Origin: Octopus vulgaris
Taxonomy: Eukaryota
NCBI GenBank assembly: GCA_951406725.2
Contig: OX597816.1
Coordinates: 75,516,001 to 75,580,000, forward strand
Direction of reading: 5' to 3'
Length of the DNA: 64,000 bases
Below the pieces are notes generated by a model, which had not been told where the DNA came from, made no database searches, and saw only the letters and a list, made by a program, of their open reading frames with translations. Of this stretch, positions 35,852 through 50,050 are shown in pieces. The position numbers and the translations under genes were made by a program. How positions within the stretch are numbered: position 1 is the stretch's first letter; each line of letters opens with the position of its first letter.

Positions 35852-38800
35852 TTAAACGGATGCATACATAACTATATATAAGTGTCGTGTTTATACATAA
35901 ACACTGTTTCATACTTTCAGTTTAGTCTTCCTCAAATCACTCTGTCGCTATTTACTCTCTTCCAAGAACATTTTCACTCACTCTTATCTCTTAGCTTGCC
36001 ATACATTTTACTCATGTATCTATCAGCGTGATAGACAGAAACAAATATTACATCGCCATCGCATTCTATTGTCTACCTGTCAACACACACACAGTGAATT
36101 AGTTTCAGTTTATTCGTTGCACACTGTGTGTGTGCGTTTGCGTGTGCTGTAAACCAGACTAAGAAAAGCATTTGACATACACACCAGAATGTGAGTTTTC
36201 TGTAAATTTTGCTTAATTGGAGTTTAAATTTTAAAAACTGGACCTGGCATGACCCGATGCATTCTACTCTTAAAAATGCTAGGTAAATTGTAATTGAAGA
36301 AATCCTATATTGTAGATTTCTATAACTGACAAAGGGAGGCAGATAAAATCTGCCTTTTATAATAAGAGATAATGGATTTCAGAATTAGTAGTGTTGGACA
36401 AAATACTTTTCTATTTGAATAAGTATCTTTTTGTTTTGAGTTCAAATTGCACTTAAGTTGAATTTTCCTTTCATTCTTACAAAGTTGATAAAGTAAATAC
36501 CAGTTAAGTACTGGGTTGACATAATGATTAGGTGGTATCCAATGACTGAAACCTGTCAAAAAATAAAGATAAATAGAGGGGAATTGTAAAAAAAGAAGTT
36601 ATTGATTTATAACCTTTATTAGCTGTAAGCACATTAGATTTTGTTTGCTCATACTAATTACTTATCAATTACCTAATTTCTAGGCTTCTATATTTCTGCA
36701 CTACCCTAATCAATTAACAAACAATTCATATTGATTTGATACTTTAAAAAAAAATCTAAATCATTAATAGATGGGCTAGTATGTTATTTGTCTCTTCTAA
36801 TTATATGATGCATTAGTTGCCAATAAGTATATTAAGTTTGATTCATAAAACACAAACACACACACCACCACCACCATCCTTTTAAAGTCCATTTTCCATG
36901 CTGGCATGGGTTGGCTGGTTTGACATGGAGATGGGCAGCTGGGGAGCTGTCCAGACTACAGTTGTCAGTTGTGGCAAGTTTGTATGGCTGAATGCCCTTC
37001 CTAATGCCAACCACTCTACAGTGTGCTGCTTGCTATGATTTGCTAAATTAAAATGATTGATTACTTCTAATTTGAAATGTCTTCTTCACCATTGTTTTAT
37101 TTGTCCACTTTTCCATAGTTGCATGAGAGTTAAATAGAATTCATTGAGGCAAATTTTCATTGGCTGAATGTTCTTTCATGTTACCAACCCTCACCTGTTT
37201 CCTCATGGCTGGCTGGACATGTTTATGCAGAAAAGTGGAAATAGACAAAAGCCTACCCACACATGCACATACGTTTCTTTCTGTTTCCATCTACCACATT
37301 CATTTACAAGGTTTTTGTTGATTCTAGTTCTGTAGCATAAAACACCCAAAGTGCTATGCCTGTATATCATGATAAATATGTAGGCTTGTACCAGTATACT
37401 ATCATAAATTTTTGTCTGTTTACACTCCCAAACCTCAGCCATTAGTAAAGAGGTTTGGAGGAATTGAGCAGTTCATGCATCATGAGTATGGCAAAAGTCC
37501 AGTTTTTGTTTTAGTAACAGTATTAAAAATGTATTAGTGTTTTTTTTTATTGCCATAAGGGGTACACAGTCCTTTCTGCTATAGGCACAAGGCCTGAAAT
37601 TTGGTGGGAGGGGGATAGTCGATTATATTGACCTCAGTACTTAATGGCTACTTATTTCATTGACCCTAAAGAGATGAAAGGTAAAGTCAACTTTGGCAGA
37701 ATTTGAACTTAGAATGTAAAGGCAAATGAAATACTACGTAGCATTTTGTCTGGTGTGCTAACAATTCTGTCAGCTCACCGCCTTAAAGTGGGGTACACAA
37801 TGATGTGATTTATTATATACTCGATTAATTACAGTTTTCTTTTTCGTTACTGATTTTCTAGTCCCTTGTCAACAGTTATGTTGTTGTCCTGTGATCAAAA
37901 GTGTAACTAATTTGCCTTTTTTTTTATATATCACATTGTCCAGCGTATCCTTCTTTAATACATTAGGTTGTGATTTGGTGAACTTTGGCTACCATTTTTA
38001 ACAGAGTGATTGCATAAAAGCTATCTTGGAGTGCCACTTGTTTTTTTTCTTCTTTTTTTTTCTCATTTTCTCTCTTCACAAACTAGAGGGTTTGAAGCTA
38101 GATGAATTGTTGCAGATTCCAGTTGTTGGTATTCTGAATTCTTTATACTTCAACTTAAATTTGAATAATAAAATGTTAACTGAAAGGAGTATTGGTCAGT
38201 TAGTGAATGGCTGGTGGTTCATATTCTGCTGCTGCACTGTGTTCATGGTTAAAGCAACTTTTCTATCTAGCAGAAAGTGAATATTCACCGTAAGATAACA
38301 TTTATTGATAGTGTCAGCATTGTGAAATTAATGTTTTATTACTTTGCATGTCTGTCTAAAGTTGTTTATGTGAGAATAGTTTTCAGATGGGTATCTTCAC
38401 TATCAAATTCATTCACTCTAGATGTGCATTGTGAAGGCAAAATGGTTTCAGTTGTGCCTAAGGAAACTGTTTTAAAACTTGTCAGATTCTCAGCCTTAGC
38501 TCAAATGTGTGTGTATTTATCCAAATATTTTACCCAACTATTTTATAAATTTCCTCATAACCTAGATTATCAGAAAGCTTTGTTGAATTATACTCTTAGT
38601 TGTCTACATGTTTGTTTCTTGAATTTAAGTCTTAATTTTTAATCTGTTAGGTGAACAGTCTCATTAAATAAACTTTATTATTTTCCCCCTATTTGTGTAA
38701 TTATAATAATAATAATAGTAATTTTATTTTTCTAGAACTCTTTCACATAAAAAAATGTATGTAGAATTAATATATTTTTTGTTCTTATTTCACAGTAAAA

Positions 38801-39012
38801 ACACAAATGATTTTATGTGCAAGCATACAATTATAGCACATTTATGTGTTTGTATGTTGGCAATTATAAAACTGTATTTGATTATGCTTTTTTTAAATAA
38901 ACAATTAGCAATTTTACCTAATGTTAGCTTTTTCACCTAATGTACAGCATTTTCTTGCTCTTCTCATTTGGTGATTTGTATTCCTACTGGACTCTTTTCT
39001 TTTTCTGTCCAG

Positions 39013-39166
39013 AAATGAAGGAAGAATACGAGGATTGTACAAAGGATTTCCAGTCTACATGGTTCATGTCACTCCCAACATATGCATCGTTTTACTAGTT
39101 TACGAGTACATCACTTCACTTCATCAGGCGAACCATTCAGTGAAATCAGACCAATGGAAAACTTGA
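39013..39166 (+). CDS. SLC25A32: SLC25A32-like terminal coding exon, helix 6, stop TGA at 39164-39166
   Basis: Long pyrimidine tract then ccag acceptor; phase 2 matches the previous exon. Encodes (R)NEGRIRGLYKGFPVYMVHVTPNICIVLLVYEYITSLHQANHSVKSDQWKT*. Confidence 0.92.
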
Positions 39167-39197
39167 AACGGTAACAAGGTCTGTGTTAAAAACAAAC

Positions 39198-39203
39198 AAT
39201 AAA
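39198..39203 (+). promoter_or_regulatory. Candidate proximal polyadenylation signal AATAAA
   Basis: First AATAAA after the stop codon. Many more occur downstream in AT-rich sequence, so the site actually used is unknown. Confidence 0.25.
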
Positions 39204-42200
39204 TAGATTGAAAAAAAAAAAAAGAAAGAAAAAAAGGGAAAAAATAAAGCAAAGAAAGAAAGCAAACATTCACTGGTCCTTCAGATGCTGCCCTTCTCAA
39301 AACATTGAAATTAACCTGTCTGAAAGGGCATAGTTGACCTATTTTATTACCTAGTTTTGACAAATATCATTACTAAAAGTCATTTATGTCATTTTCATTA
39401 ATTTTGTCTTTCACATTTAATATTTTGTTTCACATTATTATTATTATTATTATTACTACTACTACTACTAATCATCATTATTTATATTAATAAAAAAGAA
39501 AGAATTGCATGTATTTCTTTTCTTTTTTTTTTCGGTTAAAGCTCCTCTTCATGCTCTTAAACCAATGACCTTTTCAGATGAATCATTAGATGAACATTTT
39601 TCGATATATTCCTGAAGGGTGGGGGTGGGATACATAGCTATCTCCAATAGCTAAGTATCATTAATTGTACTTTTAACTGCAACATTTCCTCTAAAAGGTA
39701 CTGCTATCCCCCAAACACAAAGTTAATAATATTAATAATAATGATTATAGCAGTAATAGCAATAATAACGGTGATAATGATAGCAATGAGAATATTAATA
39801 ATAATGCTGATGACTCTATTAGGTAAATTCCTTTAGTTTTATTGAAAAAATAAATTGCTGATAATAATAATGATAATAATAATAATAATATTTGCAAACT
39901 ATCACCTGAGCATGAGGTTTTACTCTCTTTGCTTCTGCATCTTTCAAGGTCTTGGCTGATATTTATTTCTTCTCACACAGTAAGATTTCTTGCTTAACTT
40001 TGTTTCTTTTTTTTTTTAATGTTCGTAAACTTTTATCACATCAGAATAACCTCCTTTTCCAGTTCCTTCATATCGCATTAAAAAATCTTACTGAAAGTAA
40101 AATAAAATATAGCATGATTTGAGCTGGATGGAATGGAAAGAAGTGTCATTCAAAAAACAAAGAAAACCCACATGAATTTAATTTCATTATTGTTAGAGTT
40201 CATTTTATTTATGTATATTTATCATAGGATATATTATGATTTTAGTAGTTGTCAAATTTGATATCATAACCAACTCATTCATTTCACTACCCCACTCACC
40301 TTGTAGTTATATTTTATTTGTTTAAACTCAATATATTTATGACTATTAGTTTCACCAATAATTCTTGCTTTTAAGCAATAATAAACCCGTGCCTTTATAA
40401 GGTGTGTAGTTTCTGCTACGTAGTTGAATATCTAATATGTTATAGACTTTGGTAATCCTTTTCTTTTAACTGTTTCTTTTTAAAGAATTTATCAGTGTTT
40501 TGTTTCAATGTATCTGCGACTTTTCTTAGCCATTCCACCATATTATTACCCACTAACAATGACAATACTGTAAGCTATGAAACTGGTTTGTGGTTCACCG
40601 AAATCTATGTAGGGTTTTATGAAGTAGTTGTACTTATCAGAAATGTATATTTTAAAAAATTGAAGTGTTTGTGTATGTTAGACTATGTACATGCATTCTA
40701 CTGATGATGTTTTAATAAGGTTTCGAGTGGGCAAAAGCCAAGTTATTGAAGGCTTGATGTTCAGTATATTCATTGATCTCAGACTTTTGAGGGAAGAAAA
40801 TGAAAATATGACATTGATGATTGTTTTATGAATAAAAATGTGTTATTTTCTGCCACTTGTGTGAAGTAGGAATAATAGCAATTCTTTTATATATGTGCAA
40901 TGCTTTAAATTGTCAAGAAGGAGCAAAACTACTTCATGCTTGGTGCCTCAGAGAGAAGACAGACAATAATATTCTCACACACAACTGGTTGTTAAAGGGG
41001 AAATGCTTTGTTAATTACATCAAGTACAATATATTGATGGTACTTGTTTAATAAACCTTGGAAGGATGACAAGCAAAGCTAGACTTTGCCGTGATTTGAA
41101 GATATAAAATGAAGTACTGTAAAACATTGAATCAAGCGCTATATTGTGCTAATCATTTACCTTTGTTAATATTGGAATTTAGAAGTGAATATATAGATTT
41201 GTGGAGTTGGAATCAGTAAAGCACATGTCTTCTGTTCTCAGTTAAAATCTTTTTACTGGTACTTGTTTACCAGTAATACGCTAATTAATTATGCTCTTTC
41301 TTTACCAAAATTAACCTTGTTCCCAATCAAATAAACCTATAATATAATTACAATGAGAACTGTAGAGTTAATAAACAGGTTAGTTAAAATTAAAGTGATT
41401 AGTGTGATTACAAACAAGAATTAGATGTGAGATAACTCCACTTATTTACTAATTTTCTATGGGAAAAGTATGAATGTCATATATTTCATTCTCTCTTTAT
41501 AAATCTGAGGCACCATAATGTCATTATTAATAATGACAATAATGTGATTATTTCTTTATTTTTTAATTAGCCCTGAAGATAATTGTTATTGTCTGGGTTT
41601 TGAAATCTTGACACTAATAATTTTGTTTTAACTTTTGAATGGAAGTAGCTTTATAAAAATATTCTTTTAAAAATGTTCACAGGCCTGATTATGTGGTTAA
41701 GAAGTTTGTTCTGCAACCATGTAGTACTAGGTTTTGCTACACTAGGTTTTCTGCCATAGTCTTGGTTGTATCTGTACCTTGTAAGTGGAATTTGCTAGAT
41801 ATAAATTGTGTTTAGAGCATATTGTGTGTGTGTGTGTTTATATAGCTTACCCATATTATATTGGTGAAGGAGTAAACATCAGCAAAAACTGGTGCTATTC
41901 AAATGAAGTCTTTCCCACCCAGATAATAGATGCTCTCCTCTTCCACTCTGTCTTCTCTCATTGTCAGAAATGTAATGAAGCAGTCATTAGCCATTGGAAA
42001 CCAGTAACCAGGAATAAAAGTTACCAAGCAATTGGTGAGTTATTGGAATTTAAAAAGAAAATAAAAGCCAAAAAGAACTACAGACATAGTTTTACTGGTT
42101 GGCACTAGAAAGAACCCTTTTAAATGTATAAAAGCATGCAGGGTGTAGTGTTTAAGATCATAATTTTATTGATAGCAACTTCAGTTTTGCTCATTTTTTT

Positions 42201-45200
42201 TTGTGTCTTGTTAGAAATAAGGTGAGTTAGGATTGATGAACATGTCATTATTTAATTTGGGAATGTTGCTTTACTTCATACTTTGAACAAGCTACAATTT
42301 GGGGAGCTTATCCATCCCGCTTTTTTGTCAGATGGGGATGACTTGACTCTGATTTCCACTTGCTTAGTGTTTAATATAATGTTTCTTTTCTCTTATTTTT
42401 TGTTGTCTTATTTTGCATTTAAAGTGGGATATTATTTGTATTGTTTTTCATCCTTTGACCTTCAGGAGTTTTTCAATATTTTAAAATATATATAAATTTT
42501 CGGCAACATTTTCTAAACATTAATGCAGAAAAGACTCACAGGTTACATGTTGATTAAACACCTTTAACTCAGTGCTTCTTTATGGTATTGTTTGTAGTTG
42601 GTTAGTTTGTTTATATAAATGTTAGGGTTGATATTTTGCCATCTATGTCTTGTGTACTAAACCTTACAGAAATTGTATATACATATCTCTCTCTCACACA
42701 TGCATGTGTGTACACATACACACGAATATATCCATTTTCATAAAACAAGAAGCTCTGAGTAATGTCAGTCTAAACAAATTTTGCATGTATTGGATGAGAT
42801 ATCTTCCAACTATGTGTGTGTGTACCTGTATCGTTTTCTGAATAAAGGTAATGTATGTCTTAGGTGTATAAGTGAATCCAAATAACAAATCCATTTGTGA
42901 CATAAATCTTATTTCTATGATGGCCAGCTGAAAATGGGTACATATATGTTGTATGTACTGTATTTCAATTTTATGGCTTTGATTTTTTTGAGACAGCTTG
43001 CTCTGTCTTTAGCACCAAGACTTTCTCTTGATTGTGTATGTGAATATATGTATGATGCATACATACACACACGTTTAGTTTGGATAGAATCTGTACTTTA
43101 AAAACTTTGTAGATTTTATGCTGCTGGTGGCAATAATAACAGTGGGATTTGAAATCAAGGAACTTTATTCTTTTGTTTTGTGATATTTATTTTCAAATGT
43201 ACATATAGCACTGTATATTCAATACTCTTCAAAAGTTATTTCAACACAAGTTTTTCTTTTTTTCATTTTCACACAATTTTTTAAAGAAATTTGTCTATTT
43301 TAGAGTTTCTGTATTGTTTGTATTTTATTTCATTTTGCTATAGTAGTTTGTTAAACATTTACAACTAGTAATTTTGGTTATTTTAATGCACTTTTGTCTT
43401 ATTGGTATTTATTGCTAATAGATCTAACTAATCTTTGGAAGCAAATGGTTAACAAGTGAAATCAAGAAGCAAATGTAGCTTGCAAATTTAATTAATCAAT
43501 TAACTTAATGTTGTTTGCATCATATAAACTGACAAAAATTATGGAGTTAGAAACAGTTGTCATCAGCTGTATATAACCAGTCTGTTCCTGATTCCAATTT
43601 GTAGTCACTTCATTCCTTATATGATTAATATATTAGGGAAAGGGACGCACTTTTGCTTATCCTAAATCTCTTTGCTTATGCATATGTGTTAAAAAAAGTT
43701 TTACAAAATATAATTCCATAACATATATTTAATAATTTCTTGGGAATTTTTTGTAGTCTGAGAAATCATGGAATTTAATAATTACAAATATTAAGAAATA
43801 TGGTACAGATATTTTTGAGAATGACAATTATGTTTTTAGTTTCATTCCATTTTCTCTACAAATCTGATGCCTTATGTTTTTATAGAAAATCATCTGGAGA
43901 ATTGGTTTGACAATTTTGGCCAGTCATGTCTTTGTGAATGGTAACTGTGGCAGCGTTCTTTGCAAATTGCTTTTTCAAAATATGGTTTTAAAGTGTATAC
44001 AGGTACATTTAAAGATTTATTGTCAATGCTAGTCAATATATAAAGTATGATGATTTGCCAGCTCCAGTCATTCCTCAATTTTGACTACTTTGGCATATTT
44101 AACACTCATAACATCACTTCTATCTTATCTTAGAAGAAAAGTTTTTGTCTTTATTGTATCATAACATTATGATGTAATATTTTATAGTCTATAAAATAGG
44201 TTCACTAAGGTGAGTTGAAAGAGTACTTTACAAATTTGTAGTGTTGTGTACAAATCTTACAATAGATCTAGCTTGGAGAGAGATGGACCTTTTCATACTT
44301 GATTTTAGGCTTTTAACATGAAGTTTTCAGTAGTGTATTAATGACTCAAATGATTATGGTTATGGGATGTATGTATTCAAGTTCACTTATTCTTGCCAAA
44401 GGTAACACAGTAAAAACAAAACATTATTTTGAATTTGGATAGTTTTTCTTTGTACGGTTTGTTACCTTAAAATTAAACTCTATGCAACCAACATGTTCAA
44501 GCACTGCATGAATCTGGAGAAATTAGGGGAACTTATTCCAGATCTTTATGCAGGCTTCATATTTAGTGTCACAATTATCCGTCAGGGATCATCTTGTTTT
44601 AAATTTTAATATATTATCACCAGACTCTGTTCTAATCCTCTCTCTGTTTTGGCTGCAATATTTATCAAGCCAGGAACTTCTCCAAATAGTTATCCAAAAT
44701 TAGTTTTGATAATATAATTTAGAACAATAATCGCTTTGAAATACAACCCAGAATCTTTCATAGCTGTAGAGTTGTTATTTTTTAAAAAATTACTTTCCTG
44801 ATGTCATTTTACTTTAGGATCTACTTCACTGGTGTAGAAAACACTTCAACTTTATATCATTCATAAGATCAGTGTTATTATCCTAGAATGCATTCATATA
44901 CAAAATTTTGAAACTAAGAAAAATGTCGCTATTTGATTAGGGACCAATGCAGTGCAAATGGTAGGGAAACATTAGTTGTACTGCTTGTGTGTGTGTTGCA
45001 TATATCTAATTGCGAGTTTCATTCTTTATTTTGTTGTATCTGCAATGATATGAAATCCAAAATTCAGCATGCCGTATTTACTGATGAGTAAATACAAACA
45101 TGTACACACTGTTATATGAATGCAGACTTAGACTTATACATTATACCCCTAAAATTTGATAACATTGAAGAACATTTCTTGCAGATACAGTTTTGTGTCA

Positions 45201-48200
45201 TTATAGTGAAATTTATAGGGGAAACAAAAAAAGGAGACGAGATCTAATTTATGTCCTATTTATGTTGTACAGTCTTGCTAATTAGGTTTGTTGCCCACTT
45301 AATTTCTAACCAGTGTTCTTTGGGCATTTAAAAATTTTTCTCATAAATTTCTTTCTCTTAAAATGTTTGCACCATTTGTATTGGAATTCATGTGGAGTAT
45401 TTTTGTTTCAAAATTTAGTAGCAAAATGTGTAACTCTCAATTAAAAAAAAAACAAAAAAAAAAACAGCAAAAAAAGCAAAAACAAATTAAAACAAAATCA
45501 GTTAAAAATATCTTATTTATACTTTAAGAATAATATATGGATTTTAATTGTATGTATTGCAGAGGATTAGTGAGGTTATATCATTTTAATTTATTTTTAT
45601 TGTCAAATTGATAAAACAGATGTTTTTATTAATTATAGTTGTATGTAAAATTATTAAATAGGAAAACTTTAAAAAAAATAAAATAATTATGTTTAACAAT
45701 ATATTGGAATTCAACAATGAAACAAAAGCCAAGATAAAAGCAACAATGACACACACAACATATACATGATAATTCAATTTCTTTTTGATAATTTTTATTT
45801 ATTGAAATATCAATTTTATCTGTTTTTTTTCCCTGCAATTTTCAATAATGAAAGCATCTCAGTGTTATTAAAATTTGAAATTGGAGTTTGTATTTGAATT
45901 GAAACTCCTATCTTTCATTTATTGTAAGTTTGTTCAAAGAATGATATTTCAACAGAAACAGAATAACACTGTTACTAAGAATCAGTGGCAGTAATTAAAA
46001 AAAAAAAATGAGAATGGAGAAAAAAGAAGGAAGAAAAATAAACCTCAACAAAAAAACAAAACAACAGTACTTTATATTTTAGATGACTGTTACAGGGTTG
46101 GCTCCTGGTGAGTCAAGATTACCACCCTGTCTTGATACTTGATAATAAAAGCCATTTTAAATTTACTGTTGCTTTTGGACAAGGCATGTGCATCAGGATA
46201 TCCCTAATATCTCTTTTGTATACATTTATTCTTCTTTTTTCCCCATTCTACCTTGTGTAATCAAGCAATTAAATTGTGAATTATTTATTCTTGTTTTGCA
46301 CCCAACTTTTGTCCAATGTGGCAGGTATGAAGAGAATTTGGTAAATCCCGGTACATATCATAAATAGCATGAAATTATATTTTTTATTTTTTTTTGCATG
46401 TCTTTATATTACCATTATCCCTTTCCCCTCCCAAATTTCCTCACCATTTCTGATATATAAATCTGTCAAGTACATTACTGAAAATAACCACCTGAAAAAC
46501 TAAAAAAAAAAAAAAAAAACTGACAACAGTGACAGAATTGGGTAAAACATAGGACAAAAAGTCCTGCAGTATTTAAGTAGATCTCTTTGCATCTGAAACT
46601 CAAACCCTGTCAAGTTTGATTTTGCTTTCCATTTTTCTGGCATTGATACAAGTACCAGTTGGGTACTGGAGTTGATTTGACTGTACCCTCTCTCCAAATG
46701 TGTGGCCTTGTGCCTATGATAGTAATAAAAATTATTATTAAAAAAGGGCAGTAGACTAGTAGAAACAGTAGTACTAGACTATGTAAATACCTCACAGTTT
46801 TTAGTTATATTGTATGTTCTGTGTTCAGTTACTGCCAGTTTGTACCAGTCATATTCATGATTTGATTCAGTCAGCTACAAACCTTTCTTGTGCCAACACC
46901 AGAGATTCATATTATTAGAAAAGTGCTAGAACTGGTAGATCATCAGCTAAATATCTTTGCATGTCTAGTTCCATCCCTGTTTTGAGTTCAGATCCTTCTG
47001 ATGTTGACTTTGTATATCACCCTTTCACAGTCAATAAATAAAGTGCTATCTGGCATGCAGAAGAGTTGATTCATTTGACAATACTCCTCCAGTGAAACTG
47101 TGGTCTTGTGCCAATCTGTGGAATTCATATATCATTATTATTACTCAATATTTAGTAGTGACTTGATAGAATTAAGATGACGACAATACAATACACAGAG
47201 AACATAACGTAAAATGATTTCTAACTCAAGACATCTATTTTGCATTTGTTACTATAATTTGGTTTTTTAATGTACTAGGATGTATTTGATTGAATATACT
47301 CTGATCTTTCCATTATTTCTTGATTTTCCTTTCTATCTTTCATTATCTCTCATCATAATTTTCAATATTCATGACTACTATATACATGTATAAAATTTTT
47401 CCAGTATACATGTATAAAATTTTATCTTTGGATTTTGTGTACACAACTGTTTGTGTTCTGTTTGAGAGATACTTTTGTGTCCGAATAATTTTATGTTGAA
47501 CGTAAATATAGAAATTCCAACATGGCACATTTTAAAGTTCTCTCCCTCTCCCTACCATCCCTGCTATTCTCACTCTTGTACTCAAATGATTTTTATTTCT
47601 TACAATTCTACAGGCCTTTATAACAGTAATAATTAAAAACAAGCTGCAATACCCCAGTAGACAAAAAACAAACAAAAAACCCCCCAAAAAATAACATGCC
47701 CACCCCCATAAAAGAAAATATAAATTACACTTTTTAAAAAAAAATTATTCAGAACTATGTGATTTGGTGCTTATTTTAACTCTGACCATAACCTATGTTC
47801 AAAACAAATGTATAAAAGCAAAATTCTATGTGGACATAAATAAAAGCCCAACAAAACTAAAATTTATTTTCTCTATTAACAAATAGTAGATTATGTTTCT
47901 AGCTGTTTCTTTCTTTTTATTTTTCAAGTTACAACTTTTTGTATATTTTTCTTTTAACGCTTTCCTTTCTTATTTGGCTTTCTTTTCTTTTAATGCTTTT
48001 TCTATTATAATTTATTATTGTAATTGGCACTGAGGTTTAAGTTGTAAGATGTTTGACTTTGGTGCTTTGTTAGCTTCTCTAATCAACCAAGTACCATTTC
48101 ACATCATTGGGTGGTGGACTCAGAAATATGACTTTCTCTACTTAGACAAATGAGTGATGTTTTGTCAGAGAGACTATTTTTGGCAGGTGCCAGAGTATTG

Positions 48201-48583
48201 TTACAAGATCTTCAGGACTTCATTCCATACCTTGGTTTTGATTTCCATTTGTATGTAATCTAATTTGTTAATGACCTTGGGAAAGGCATGAACATCACAT
48301 TTTATCATTTTCTATTCATTATTGCCCATGCCTAATTTGGAAAAAAAAAAAATTAATTTTTTCTTTCTAATTATGTGGAGGTCATTTTATAATTGTTGTA
48401 GCACTTATTTCTTTTCTTTTCACATTCCTTTGAGGCCATTAATTTACTTTTTGAAACAAACATGCCTGCACACATACATATACAACATATATACAACATA
48501 TATACTTACATACAAACATACATACACCGATTCACACATATTTATATGGACATAAAGACATACACTATATATATATTGTGTGC

Positions 48584-48617
<34 letters not shown>

Positions 48618-49399
48618 TGCCAACTTTTTAATCCACTGAAAGACAGTAGTGGCAACATCTATCTTTCTCACTTGACTTCTGTGAAGGACAAGCTAATAAT
48701 AATGATAATGTATTGATACTTTTGTATATCCCATGCCAAGTATTCCACTTGGAATTCTTGAAGAAATTAAACAAAAGGACATTTTTTTTTGTTTTTTTTT
48801 TTGAGTGTATGTGGTATATATTTTGCATACCTTGTTGAATGAATCTTAAATAAAAAAAATTACAAATGCTTTATTGAATTGTTTTTTTCCTTACATAAAT
48901 TGTTTTTGTTTTTCTATTTTTTTTACAGTAAAGTACACATAAATGTAATGCTGTATGAAATTTAAGCAATGAATTTATAGTGACTGGGCAGGAACGAATT
49001 GAATTATGATTTGCTGGATTATATTGACTGTAAAATTGAGGTGTTTGATTATTCCTCATATTGTCATGAGTTCGAGCATTACTAAGAATCATGTTGAATT
49101 CTTGAATGTGATAACTTAGTGTGTTTCTGGTTCCCTGATGGGTAAAACCAAATTCTGATTCTATTTGATAGTTGAGTTATTATCAACTGGATGTATATCC
49201 TATTGTAAAAATAAGTGGTCCAATTAAAGCTCTTCCCTCTTCCAGTAGTATGGAAAATATTGGGCAAAATGGATGTAGAGAATTAATAACAGGCCCTGCC
49301 ATCTAATGACATAGTTATTGCTTCCAATATTTTTCACCTTGAGTTCTTTTCATTACCACAGTTTCCATAGAACCAAGATTTGCTACTCTGCGTTATGCT

Positions 49400-50000
49400 T
49401 GTGATCTTCAACTTTTCAGAATGCTACTGAAAACAATATTGTTGCCTTGAAATCCACAAAACCTTTAATAATATTTGACACAATTACTTCTCGCTAAGTC
49501 TTGCATTTGTGGGTTCCATCCATCTCTGGTAGTTTACTTAGAAAATTTCTTATCAAGCTATTCTATCACACATTTCGTAATTCTCTCAATCCACATTCTA
49601 TTAACATTAGTGTTGCTCAGTTATACTTCTCATGCCCCTTTCCTACACATTGACCTACTTCCAATTAAATACTGGTAATGTAAAGGCCCTCATCTTTACA
49701 TATTCACTCATCTACATAAGACAATCTTTATGCAATTCATGGAAATTTGATTCTTCCTACAGTGTTAAACAGTAACTACACATGTGAGGAATTAACCATA
49801 CTGCATCTTTACATATGAATAGCTATTCACAACTAAAACATTAAAAAACTATATGAATGCTAACTCTCACAATATATATAAAATTCTCAAGAATATCACA
49901 TATTTGTAACAAACTATGCCTCCTCAGAGACTAAATGTTCTCTTAAGATACAAGTGAACACCATATAGACTACTGCTAAGACATCTAAAGCAGAACAGTT
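49400..50000 (+). mobile_element. Degenerate LINE reverse transcriptase fragment (CR1/L2/Jockey-like)
   Basis: LLAKSCICGFHPSLVVYLENFLS resembles the region after KAFD in non-LTR RTs; eroded KAFD-like and YADD-like positions flank it. Confidence 0.5.
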
Positions 50001-50050
50001 GCTAAACAACTATTCTAGAATCCTTCTCCATCTCACTCTACCCTCTAAAG

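Noticed and set aside
45074-45108. CTGATGAGTAAATACAAACATGTA hammerhead look-alike
   Set aside because: It lacks the G of GAAA, stem I does not pair, and a competing 9-bp hairpin (gtatttact/agtaaatac) sequesters the core.
46083-46367. Possible 25-nt microexon (46083-46107) and a cag|gtatgaagag site that would read WRYEENLVNPGTYHK*
   Set aside because: No similarity to carrier helix 6; splice-like motifs of this quality arise by chance.
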